The notes beneath the pieces are model-generated. The model was not told the origin of the DNA. It searched no databases and saw only the letters and a list, made by a program, of their open reading frames with translations. DNA of 64,000 nucleotides from an uncultured Verrucomicrobiota bacterium. Lineage in GTDB: Bacteria > Verrucomicrobiota > Verrucomicrobiia > Opitutales > Opitutaceae. Both the position numbers and the translations under genes were made by a program. How positions within the stretch are numbered: the first letter of the stretch is position 1; every line of letters starts with the position of its first letter. The DNA lies in NCBI GenBank assembly GCA_903904685.1, contig CAIVDS010000056.1:32280-96279 (forward strand), given 5' to 3'. Shown here in pieces: positions 19,443 through 28,558 of the stretch.

Positions 19443-21599
19443 ATGGCCGAGGCACCCAAATTACCGAACGTCAACAAATCTCCCGCCAAGGATGATGATG
19501 TCATTGAGCGTCGCTCGTTGCGCGATTATTACATCATCTTGCGCGAGCGCCTTTGGATCGCCCTGCCGTTGGCGCTCACGGTCGCCATCGGCATCGCCTA
19601 CTACCAGTCCCGCGAAACTCCGCTGTATCGCAGCTCGGCGACGATGCAGATCGAGAAGCCAGAAAAGGTTGTCACTACTCAAGAGGTCGTTGAGACAGGC
19701 GTAAACAGCGATGCGGAACTCAACACCTACCTGCAGATCATCAGCAGCGGAAAAATCCGCACCCGCGTCCTTGAATCCCTGACGCCTCAGGAACGCCAGA
19801 TTCTCCAACGCCCGGCTTTAAAGGATCTCCCCGCCGGCTCCGCCCCGCCCACCGGCGTCGATCTCGGATCACTTTCGGTTAACTCTATCCGCAGTACGTT
19901 CCTGATCAGCGTAAGTGTCATCCATCGCGACCCCGAAGCGGCTGCGTTGCTGGCCAACCGCTATGTCCAGCAGTTCATCCAAAGCCTGCTCGACAAAGTC
20001 GGCGGCAGTAATGAATACGCCGTCGAATATCTCCAGAAACGCGCTACCCAACTCCTTGAGCAGGCCAAGGCAGCAGAACAGCGCCTGCAGGACTACATGC
20101 GCGCCCAGAACCTCGTGTCCTTGGACAACAGCACCAACATCGTGCAGACGCGCCTGACCACCGTGAACGCCGCCCTGCAAACCGCCCGTCTGGAACGTCT
20201 CGGCATCGAGGAGCAATTCAGCTTGGTTGAGCGTTACAGCAAGGACAGCCGCAACCTCCTCGAAATCACCGCCATCGCCTCCTATGGCTCGGTGCCCAAT
20301 CTCCGTACGCAGCTCGAAGCCCTGCAACGTGACCAGGCGCTGTTGGCGGAGCGCTATCTGGAGCGGCACCCGAAAATGATCAACGTAGCCAACGCCATCG
20401 CCGTGGCCAAGGACCAGCTCGACGCCGCCCTCGCCCTCGCCATCGCCGACCTTAAGACCAATTTGGAAAAAATCCGCGCCAATGAAAAAATTCTCGAAGG
20501 AGAATATTCCAAACAAGAAAAGGAACAGCTTCGCCTTCGTGATCTCTCCATCGAGTATAAGAGCCTGGAGAACCAGGCCGTGGTCGCCCGCAACAACTAC
20601 TCGCAGATTTTGGACCGCCTCAGCCAGACCACGACCAGCAAGTATCTGGAAAAAATCCCTGTCCGCCCGCTCGACGCCGCCGGTCCCAGCGGATCGCCTT
20701 TCACGCCTGATTTCAGCCGTATCACCCGCACCGCCGTTGGCGTTGGCTCATTGGTTTTTCTCGGCGTAGCCATTGGGTTGAGCTTCATCGACGACCGCAT
20801 CAAGAGCGCTTGGGACATCGAGTCATTCATCGGCGTCAATCTCCTCGGCATCATCCCCGATCTCTCCGAGATCAAGGATGAGGACAAATACAAGCTGGTG
20901 ATGAACGGGCAAAACAACACCGGGGTCGAGCCCTTCCTGAGTGTTTACAGTTCGGTCAAAATCCACTCCAAACTCGATTTTCCAAAGTCGATCCTCATCA
21001 CCAGCACCATCCCCGGCGAAGGCAAGACGCTCATCTCCTGCAACCTCGCCGGCAGCTTTGCCCGCCATGGCAAATCCGTCCTGCTGATGGACTGCGACCT
21101 TCGCCGCCCGATGCTTCACCGCCACTTCAGCAAGACCAACGAATCCGGCCTCATCAACTGGTATGAAAAGGGCGCCAACCTCGAAGGCGATCTCGCGCAC
21201 AACCCCGATCTCGGCATCGTTTCCATCGGCGAAAATATCTCGCTCCTCAGCTCGGGTGGACGTTCCAAGAGCCCCACCCAGTTGCTCGAAAGCCACCTGT
21301 TCGGCCAGCTGCTCGAACGCCTCAAAAAGGACTTCGACCTCATTGTGATCGACTCGCCTCCCCTCGGTGCCGTCACCGACTCTCTGCTCATCGCCGAGCG
21401 GGCCGATGAGGTTATCTACGTGTGCCGGTTCAATCGCGCCTTCCGCAAACACATCCGACTTTATATCAAGGCCCTTCGCTCCGGAAAAAACGACATCCTT
21501 GGCATCGTGCTCAACGGCCTCTCCCCCCGCCGAATCGAGTATTACTCAAACTACCGCTACTACCGCAGCTACAAGAAATATTACGGCGCGCAGGAGTGA
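19443..21599 (+). CDS. wzc: Polysaccharide co-polymerase / tyrosine autokinase (Wzc, CpsD-CapB)
   Basis: Two TM segments flanking a coiled-coil periplasmic region; STIPGEGKT, DCDLRRP, IVIDSPP; Tyr cluster YYSNYRYYRSYKKYY. Confidence 0.93.
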   Translation: MAEAPKLPNVNKSPAKDDDVIERRSLRDYYIILRERLWIALPLALTVAIGIAYYQSRETPLYRSSATMQIEKPEKVVTTQEVVETGVNSDAELNTYLQIISSGKIRTRVLESLTPQERQILQRPALKDLPAGSAPPTGVDLGSLSVNSIRSTFLISVSVIHRDPEAAALLANRYVQQFIQSLLDKVGGSNEYAVEYLQKRATQLLEQAKAAEQRLQDYMRAQNLVSLDNSTNIVQTRLTTVNAALQTARLERLGIEEQFSLVERYSKDSRNLLEITAIASYGSVPNLRTQLEALQRDQALLAERYLERHPKMINVANAIAVAKDQLDAALALAIADLKTNLEKIRANEKILEGEYSKQEKEQLRLRDLSIEYKSLENQAVVARNNYSQILDRLSQTTTSKYLEKIPVRPLDAAGPSGSPFTPDFSRITRTAVGVGSLVFLGVAIGLSFIDDRIKSAWDIESFIGVNLLGIIPDLSEIKDEDKYKLVMNGQNNTGVEPFLSVYSSVKIHSKLDFPKSILITSTIPGEGKTLISCNLAGSFARHGKSVLLMDCDLRRPMLHRHFSKTNESGLINWYEKGANLEGDLAHNPDLGIVSIGENISLLSSGGRSKSPTQLLESHLFGQLLERLKKDFDLIVIDSPPLGAVTDSLLIAERADEVIYVCRFNRAFRKHIRLYIKALRSGKNDILGIVLNGLSPRRIEYYSNYRYYRSYKKYYGAQE

Positions 21600-21619
21600 T
21601 CTGCGCCCCGCTCGCCTCC

Positions 21620-21651
21620 AGCCGCCCCATCCAGCAAGGGGCGGCTTTTTT
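21620..21651 (+). terminator. Intrinsic terminator after wzc
   Basis: agccgcccc / ggggcggct stem followed by a T run. Confidence 0.8.
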
Positions 21652-21687
21652 GTTTCCGCCCCGCGCACAACCCTGCAACGTCATCCC

Positions 21688-22530
21688 GTGCTGTCCGCCT
21701 TTTTACCCGTCGGTTACGATCCGAAAAAACCCGTCGCCCTCATCGCTGGCCAGGGTCTCTATCCCCGTCTGGTGGCCAATGCCATCCGGTCCGCCGGCGT
21801 ACCGTTGCGCCTCGTCGCCATGGAAGAGGAAACCCCGCACGCCCTCATCGCCGAGTTCCCCGAATCCGAGCGCGTCATCCTGAAAGTGGGCCAGGTCGGA
21901 GCCATGCTCAAAGCCCTTAAACGCTTCGACGCCGGCTACGCCTACATGGCCGGACAGGTCTCCCCCCGCCGCCTGTTTCACGGTCTCCATCCCGACCTTA
22001 AGGCCGTCGCCATCCTCGCCACGCTCAAACGCCGAAACGCCGAAACCATCTTCGGCGCCATCGCCAAGGAAATCGCCGACATCGGCGTCACCCTGCTCGA
22101 TGCCCGCAGCTTCCTCGACGATCAGCTCGCCACTGCCGGCTGCATGACAGGAAAACATTTCCCCATCAACGCCGACTACACCGGCCACGGCGTGGAGATC
22201 GCCTGCGAATGCGCCCGGCTCGACATCGGCCAAGGTTGCGTCGTCCGCAAAGGCACCGTCATCGCCGTCGAAGCCTTCGAGGGCACCGACGAAATGCTCC
22301 GCCGCGCCGGCACCTTCAAAACCGACGAAATGCTTTTCGTCAAAACCGTGAAAGCCCGCCAAGACTACCGCTTCGACGTCCCCTGTTTCGGCCTCAAGAC
22401 CCTGGAAACGCTCCGCGAAGCCGCCATCACGGCCGTCGCGTTGGAAAGCGGCCGCGTCATCATGCTCGATAAGCCCGTCATCATTATCCAGGCGAAAGCT
22501 TGGGGCATCTCGCTGCTCGGTTTTGAGTGA
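21688..22530 (+). CDS. lpxI: UDP-2,3-diacylglucosamine hydrolase LpxI (likely GTG start; the 21367 ORF start overlaps wzc)
   Basis: ALIAGQGLYP, LDIGQGCVV, AVEAFEGTDEM, VKTVKARQDYRFDVPCFG. Confidence 0.9.
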   Translation: MLSAFLPVGYDPKKPVALIAGQGLYPRLVANAIRSAGVPLRLVAMEEETPHALIAEFPESERVILKVGQVGAMLKALKRFDAGYAYMAGQVSPRRLFHGLHPDLKAVAILATLKRRNAETIFGAIAKEIADIGVTLLDARSFLDDQLATAGCMTGKHFPINADYTGHGVEIACECARLDIGQGCVVRKGTVIAVEAFEGTDEMLRRAGTFKTDEMLFVKTVKARQDYRFDVPCFGLKTLETLREAAITAVALESGRVIMLDKPVIIIQAKAWGISLLGFE

Positions 22531-22581
22531 GCGTCGCCTTGTCCCCTTGCGCCCACGCCTGCCTCCTCCTACCTTGTCACC

Positions 22582-23061
22582 ATGAAAAATGACGTTGTTC
22601 TCGTTCTGGTCAAAGGCGTGATGCCGACCTCCAACGGGTGCGCCGTGTTCCTCGGCAACGAAAACAAGACCTTCGTCATCTACGTGGACCACTTTGTGGG
22701 ACACGCCATCCAGATGACCCTCGACGGCGTCAAGAAAGAGCGCCCCCTCACCCACGACCTCATTGCCCATATCCTCACCGGACTCGGTGTCACGCTCGAT
22801 CACGTCGTCATCAACGACGTCAACGAAGGCACTTTCTTCGCCCGCATTCTCCTGCGCATGGATAACGAACTCGGCAAAAAAATCGTCGAGCTCGATGCCC
22901 GCCCCAGCGACTCCACCGTCCTCGCCCTCCAACACCAGCGCCCCATCTTTGTCGCCCGCCAGGTCTTCGACAGCGTCGAGGATATGACTGAAATCCTCGA
23001 ACGCGTCCTCCGCCAGCAAGCTGAGAAATCCGACGAGGAAAAACCCGACGAAGACAAGTAG
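22582..23061 (+). CDS. Bifunctional nuclease family protein (DUF151)
   Basis: ERPLTHDL, FFARILL, DARPSDS motifs. Confidence 0.9.
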   Translation: MKNDVVLVLVKGVMPTSNGCAVFLGNENKTFVIYVDHFVGHAIQMTLDGVKKERPLTHDLIAHILTGLGVTLDHVVINDVNEGTFFARILLRMDNELGKKIVELDARPSDSTVLALQHQRPIFVARQVFDSVEDMTEILERVLRQQAEKSDEEKPDEDK

Positions 23062-23068
23062 TCGAACG

Positions 23069-24214
23069 TTGGTCTTTATCGTGCGGGCAAACTTGTTCGC
23101 TCCACCACCGCCATCCGTGCCGCCGTCCACCGTCTACCGCCAGTCTCCCCTGCCTGCGCCCATCCTCCCCGGCCAGCCGCTCACCGCGCTCGCCCCGATG
23201 CAGGACGTGACCGACCTCGCCTTCATGGGCGTCAGCGCGCACTACGGCGCACCCGATTATTTTTTCACCGAATTCTTCCGCGTCCACGCCCAATCGCGAC
23301 CGGAAAAACACATCCTCCGCTCCATTGACGAAAACGGAACAGGTCGGCCCGTCTTCGCCCAGCTCATCGGCGAAGAAATCCATCACCTCGCCCGCACCGC
23401 CACCGATCTCCTCCGCCATCCCGTCGCCGGTATCGATCTCAACATGGGCTGTCCCGCCCCCAAGGTTTACAGGAAAAATGTCGGCGGCGGCCTCCTGCGC
23501 GAACCCGCCAAGATCGACGAGATTCTCGGCGTTCTCCGCGCCGCTTGCCCCGGCCTCTTCACGGTAAAAATGCGCATCGGCTTCGACAGCGCGGAGCACT
23601 TCGACCGTATCCTTGATCTTGTCAACAAGCACGACGTCGATCTCCTCAGCCTGCATGGCCGCACCGTGAAGGAAATGTATCGCGGCGAGGTCCACTATGA
23701 TTTCATCGCCCGTGCCGCCGTTCGCGTGAAATGCCCCGTGCTCGCCAACGGCAACATCACCTCCGCCGCCACCGCCGCCCGCGTTCTCGACGAGACCAAG
23801 GCCGCCGGCGTCATGATCGGCCGACATGCCATCCGCAACCCGTGGATCTTCCGCCAGTGCCGCGAACGGTTCGCCGGCCTCCCGACGACACCCGTCACCC
23901 TCGCCGACGTGCGCGACTACGTTGCGAACCTCTACGATGCCACCCGGCAACCCGGCCTCCCCGAGCGCGACCACGTCAACAAGATGAAGAAATACCTCAA
24001 CTTCGTCGGCCAGAGCGTGGATGCCACCGGCGCGTTTTTGCACGATATGCGCCGCACCGAGACCGAAGCGTCGCTCTTCGCCGTCTGCGACCGCCACCTC
24101 CTGGCAGAACCCGAAAAACTCTTCGCCGACGAACCCTACCCCGGCGTCATCGCCCGCCCCAATTGCGAAACGCCGACCGCCGACGGCTGCTCTCTGGAAT
24201 CCATCACCGCCTGA
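23069..24214 (+). CDS. tRNA-dihydrouridine synthase family protein (start uncertain)
   Basis: LAPMQDVTD, IDLNMGCP, TVKMRIG, LHGRT, ANGNI, GVMIGR. Confidence 0.9.
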   Translation: MVFIVRANLFAPPPPSVPPSTVYRQSPLPAPILPGQPLTALAPMQDVTDLAFMGVSAHYGAPDYFFTEFFRVHAQSRPEKHILRSIDENGTGRPVFAQLIGEEIHHLARTATDLLRHPVAGIDLNMGCPAPKVYRKNVGGGLLREPAKIDEILGVLRAACPGLFTVKMRIGFDSAEHFDRILDLVNKHDVDLLSLHGRTVKEMYRGEVHYDFIARAAVRVKCPVLANGNITSAATAARVLDETKAAGVMIGRHAIRNPWIFRQCRERFAGLPTTPVTLADVRDYVANLYDATRQPGLPERDHVNKMKKYLNFVGQSVDATGAFLHDMRRTETEASLFAVCDRHLLAEPEKLFADEPYPGVIARPNCETPTADGCSLESITA

Positions 24215-24240
24215 GTTTTCATCGTTGTTCGTTCTCTCGC

Positions 24241-25947
24241 TCAGCCTTCTGTCCGCCCGCCCATCGACGGACGCCATCCGAGCAGCACGAGCACGCCGAA
24301 GCCCAGCAACGCGAACACCGGCCACCGGTGCTGACCGCGCTCCACGCCGAGCGATTGCCATGCCGCGAACAGGCTCCAGCCATGCAAACGTCCGGCCGCC
24401 TTCAGCTCGGCCTGCCGCGACTTCTCTTGCTCCAACCCTTGGTCTAAATCGATAACCACATCAAACTTTCCCGCCGCCGGTGGCTTCCCTCCCGTGGCAA
24501 ACAAGAAGAGCCTCCGCGCATTGCCCGCCGCCGGATGGCGCTCCCTTAGCAGATCCATCAACATCTCCTTCGGCGTCCAGTCCGACGCCGTCGAAAGCGA
24601 GCCAAATTCATCCGCATACGTCAGCTCCGCAAACGAGTCGTCCCCGTCCGGCGTCACCACGAATACCTTCGCCAGCCGCGTCGGCGACACTTGCCGCGCG
24701 CCTTCCCCGATCAATGCCAGCTCTTTGATCTGTGGCAGCGCTATGAGGTTGTAGGCCTGGCGACGCGCGAGGCCAAACCCAGCCGCCACCAGCAGCCCCA
24801 GCACCACCGGCGTGAGCCACCGCGTCCATCCGCCGCCCATCCACTCCGCCACATGGTCCAGCCCATGCACAAAGAAAACCAACAACACCCCCGTGAGGGC
24901 GAAGATCGTCCGATACGTGGACCAGTGCTCCGCCGCGATCAGGCTCACCGCATACGCCAGCACCGGCAACCCCGCCAAACCCATCGCCCAGCACCACCCG
25001 GCCATCCGCCCATGCCGCCTCCCCTCGAAAATCGCACCTGCGCCGATCACCGCCAGCACGACCGCCGCCATCAGCAGATGCCATCCCGCCGTCCGCCCGG
25101 AGTCGTCGTTGATCACAAGAAACGACAGCGCATTCCCCAGCGGCTCGTTGAGAAACCAAAAGAACTTATGCATCAGGGCCGGCTCGAACGCCACCCGGCC
25201 AGACTGCGCGAATAAGCCCGACGCGAACAACCCCTTGGCCATCGCATACGCCCCCGCCAGCCCTGCGCAGACCACCGCCAAGTGCATGCCCAACCACCGC
25301 AACCTCGCCCGCAGCGACTCTTCCCGCAGCCCCGGCAGCGCCGCCGCGATGAACACCACATAGAAAAGCACGTTCGACTGGTAAGTGAGCGCCCCCGCCA
25401 CCACCAGCACCCAACCGCCCACCACCCCGATCGCCCGACCGCCCGAGCGCGCCGCCTGCAGCCCGCGCTCCACCACCGCGAATCCCGCGATCCCGAGGAT
25501 CAATCCCACCAGATGCCCCCAGCAGCTCCCCCATCCCGCCAGCACCTGCATGCCCGGCAAAAGGGCCACCAGCGCACCCACCAGCGCACCCGTCGCCAGC
25601 CGCCACCGCAACTGCCGCACCAGCACCCACGTCGTGCCACCCGCCGCGAGCCCTGCGCACAACGCCGCCCAGAGCCGCGCCCACTGCAAATCATGGATCG
25701 TGGACAGATGCCGCAGCGACACCTCCGATATCCAACCGAAGATCGGCCGCGCATGCGAGGCGCAGAAATCCGTCACCTTGCCCGGTTCCTCATGCACCTC
25801 GCGCAGCACCGCGTAGTCGTCGCGCAGCCCGAAATGCGCAAAAATGGTGTCCCAATAGGTCAGCACCGGCAAAGCCAGCAACGCGACCAACACAAGCCAT
25901 AGGCGCCATGTGCGAAACGGGGTGATCATGGAAAGAGAGTCCGTCAT
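24241..25947 (-). CDS. Polytopic membrane protein, GT-C/GtrII-like glycosyltransferase candidate
   Basis: TM1 followed by RDDY and HARP motifs, about 10-12 hydrophobic segments, LTYQS motif. Confidence 0.65.
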   Translation of the reverse strand: MTDSLSMITPFRTWRLWLVLVALLALPVLTYWDTIFAHFGLRDDYAVLREVHEEPGKVTDFCASHARPIFGWISEVSLRHLSTIHDLQWARLWAALCAGLAAGGTTWVLVRQLRWRLATGALVGALVALLPGMQVLAGWGSCWGHLVGLILGIAGFAVVERGLQAARSGGRAIGVVGGWVLVVAGALTYQSNVLFYVVFIAAALPGLREESLRARLRWLGMHLAVVCAGLAGAYAMAKGLFASGLFAQSGRVAFEPALMHKFFWFLNEPLGNALSFLVINDDSGRTAGWHLLMAAVVLAVIGAGAIFEGRRHGRMAGWCWAMGLAGLPVLAYAVSLIAAEHWSTYRTIFALTGVLLVFFVHGLDHVAEWMGGGWTRWLTPVVLGLLVAAGFGLARRQAYNLIALPQIKELALIGEGARQVSPTRLAKVFVVTPDGDDSFAELTYADEFGSLSTASDWTPKEMLMDLLRERHPAAGNARRLFLFATGGKPPAAGKFDVVIDLDQGLEQEKSRQAELKAAGRLHGWSLFAAWQSLGVERGQHRWPVFALLGFGVLVLLGWRPSMGGRTEG

Positions 25948-26064
25948 TCCAGCATACGCCCGGAGAAAGTAAAGTCCGCGCCTCCGGTTCTTGGCCCACG
26001 GTTTCCATCGTCCAGAGTATCCAGAGCCGCCTTTGCCGGTCCTTTGAACCGCGCCTCTTCTTCC

Positions 26065-27930
26065 TCACCGGGGCCGGCGACGGAGCAACGCAACCATCAA
26101 GATGGCGAGCCCGAACACCGCCACATACACGGCAGGCTCCGGAATGACCGACGTTTGCCAAGCGATGCCATAATCCACCGAATTCGCATCAGTGAAATTA
26201 TAAACCACTCCATCAATCGTGACTTCAAGCCGAACAAAAGCATCGTAAGGCAATGCGAGTTGGAGCAGTTCCTCGGTGTTATAGGGACTGACCGACTCCG
26301 CATAGAGCCGGTAGGCTTCAGCGCCACTGGCCTTCAGGTAAACCCGCAGGTTCAAATCCATGAAGCTTCCGTAAAAGGCGTTCTGAAGGTTCACATTCAT
26401 GTTGCCGGTGCCCAGAGTCGCCTGATACGTCGCTTCCGTAAACCACGCGAGGGACACCGCAAACAGGTTGGTCGCCTTGAGCAGCGGCGCGACATCGTAA
26501 CCAAACACACGACCTCCGGCGGTCGTGGAAAGCGTATTAAAATCCCATCCCGTGGAGCCGACGACGAAGGTGTTGTTGACGGGAGCGACAAGCCTCACGC
26601 CTCCGGTGGTAAAATTATACGCCCCCACGGAGGTCATCACGTTGAGCGCCTGGGTGAAGTTGGCCGCCCCCGCGCCCAACCGCCAGTCAAGCGCCTGCGT
26701 GGTGCGGATAATCGTGCTTCCATTGCCGGCGTCCACAACGGTCTGGCCGTTGTTCCAACCGGGAAGATCGCGATTGGCCGAAACCATCAGAATCGCCTTC
26801 ATCGTGCGCGGGTCGATCAGACGCTCGGACATGTCCACCCCGAAATAAAGCGTATCACCCACGCCGACGGCATACGAATTGGCCATGAGCTGCCGGCCGG
26901 CATCCACCATCAGCGCGAGACCGCCGGCAACCGTGGGCGCCGAGAAGCTTGTGCCGGCGGCGTTCACGTAGAGCAGACTATTGTCCCCGTTGTAGGCCAG
27001 CACAAAGCCCTCGCCTGGGGCCACGATATCGACCGATGCGCGCACGCCCGCCACCACGGTTCCCGAGGTGCCCGCAGCATTGGCGGGCAGAAAATAATCG
27101 TTCGGGCCGCCGGAAGAAAAGTCGGCGACGGTGGTATAGGGCTTGGCGACGGCACCACCTCCGAGTGCGCCTACCGCGATCATATTCATGCCGGAAGCCG
27201 GCGAACCTACCTGTCCCGCCGGACCGTCATTGCCGGCCGAAACCACAACCATCTTTTTTGTTTCATAAACCAGCGCATCCAGCGAAAGGGCCAGCAGGTC
27301 GCTGCCATCATGCGCGGCGGATTCACCCCAGCTGCTATTGATCACATCGGCGGCGACATACGAGGAGCCTCCCGCAGTCCACCCCTTCATGGCATGATAA
27401 TAGGGCGTAAAAAACGAGGTGTTGCTCAGACTGAAACTCCCGTCCCCGCCAATCGTCGTGGCAATCGCTCCGGAATAGAACGTCGCCATCGGCGCGATGC
27501 CTAATTCCCAAGGATAATAAGTGCCCACCGCCGGATCGAAGGAACCGCGGCCTGCGAGAACATGCCCTGTCATAGTGGCATGCTGATCGACCAAACTGGC
27601 CGCATCCGTGGAAGTCGGAAGGTCCACGATAGGCTGGCTGCCGAGAGGCAGGTTGTCCGTGCCGACAAATCCCGCCTCGATGTTGGCCACCACCGCATTG
27701 GTTCCGAGAACGCCTTGATTATAGAGCCCGGTGGCGCCGACCAAATCATTGAGCGTAAGCAGGGTCGTAAACGAGTCGGTTTGAAAATCGTATACACCCA
27801 CCAAGACGGCGTGCGCCATGCGCGGCGAAACCAACAAGCAGAGCCAGAGAAGCAGGGAAATCCGGAGAGGGCGAAACGGGAATACCATCGCCGCAAAGCA
27901 AAGCACGCGCCCGACCCATGCTGTCAACAT
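26065..27930 (-). CDS. S8 subtilisin-like peptidase with PEP-CTERM sorting signal (likely start 27888)
   Basis: ANIEAG, HATMTG, INSSWG, SAGNDG, GTSFSAPTVAG; C-terminus VIPEP + TM + RRRPR. Confidence 0.88.
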   Translation of the reverse strand: MLTAWVGRVLCFAAMVFPFRPLRISLLLWLCLLVSPRMAHAVLVGVYDFQTDSFTTLLTLNDLVGATGLYNQGVLGTNAVVANIEAGFVGTDNLPLGSQPIVDLPTSTDAASLVDQHATMTGHVLAGRGSFDPAVGTYYPWELGIAPMATFYSGAIATTIGGDGSFSLSNTSFFTPYYHAMKGWTAGGSSYVAADVINSSWGESAAHDGSDLLALSLDALVYETKKMVVVSAGNDGPAGQVGSPASGMNMIAVGALGGGAVAKPYTTVADFSSGGPNDYFLPANAAGTSGTVVAGVRASVDIVAPGEGFVLAYNGDNSLLYVNAAGTSFSAPTVAGGLALMVDAGRQLMANSYAVGVGDTLYFGVDMSERLIDPRTMKAILMVSANRDLPGWNNGQTVVDAGNGSTIIRTTQALDWRLGAGAANFTQALNVMTSVGAYNFTTGGVRLVAPVNNTFVVGSTGWDFNTLSTTAGGRVFGYDVAPLLKATNLFAVSLAWFTEATYQATLGTGNMNVNLQNAFYGSFMDLNLRVYLKASGAEAYRLYAESVSPYNTEELLQLALPYDAFVRLEVTIDGVVYNFTDANSVDYGIAWQTSVIPEPAVYVAVFGLAILMVALLRRRPR

Positions 27931-27999
27931 TAGGCGGCTGGGAAATTACCCTACGGGCATCCCACGCCCAAGGGTCCCGGCCACTGTCTTCCGTAACGC

Positions 28000-28542
28000 C
28001 TACTCCAGCCCCAACGCCTTGCGGCCATCGGGCGAAATCATCTGTGGAGTCCAAATCGGGTCCCACACGATATGAACCTTGGCCGACTCCACCGTGGGCA
28101 GGGCGGCGATCTTCCGGCGCGCATCCTCCGCGATGGTCGGCCCCATGCCGCAGCCTTGCGCGGTGAGCGTCATCTTCACCTCCACGAGGTGCCCGCCCGC
28201 CGGTGTCTTTTCGACGTTCAAATCGTAAATCAATCCGAGATCCACGATGTTGACCGGTATCTCGGGATCGAAACACGTCTTCATCGCCGCCCACACGGCC
28301 TGCTCGCCGAACTCACCTGCCGCCGGAGCCGCCGCGACCGCCATTTTTGAAACATCGAAGCCAGCGAGCGCATCGGCGTCCTCGTGCTGGATGCGGTAGA
28401 GCCCGCCGTCCGTGCGCACAGTCACGCTGCCGCCGAGCGTCTGCATGACGCGGGCCTTCGTGCCGGTTTTCAGGGTGATGACATCGCCCGCTGGGATGAC
28501 GGTGGCGGAAATGTCACGAATGAGGATATGTTCGGAAGACAT
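28000..28542 (-). CDS. sufT: Putative Fe-S cluster assembly protein SufT (DUF59)
   Basis: TCFDPEIPVNIVDLGLIY, MTLTAQGCGMG, VWDPIW. Confidence 0.92.
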   Translation of the reverse strand: MSSEHILIRDISATVIPAGDVITLKTGTKARVMQTLGGSVTVRTDGGLYRIQHEDADALAGFDVSKMAVAAAPAAGEFGEQAVWAAMKTCFDPEIPVNIVDLGLIYDLNVEKTPAGGHLVEVKMTLTAQGCGMGPTIAEDARRKIAALPTVESAKVHIVWDPIWTPQMISPDGRKALGLE

Positions 28543-28558
28543 GAGAAATTAAATGAAG

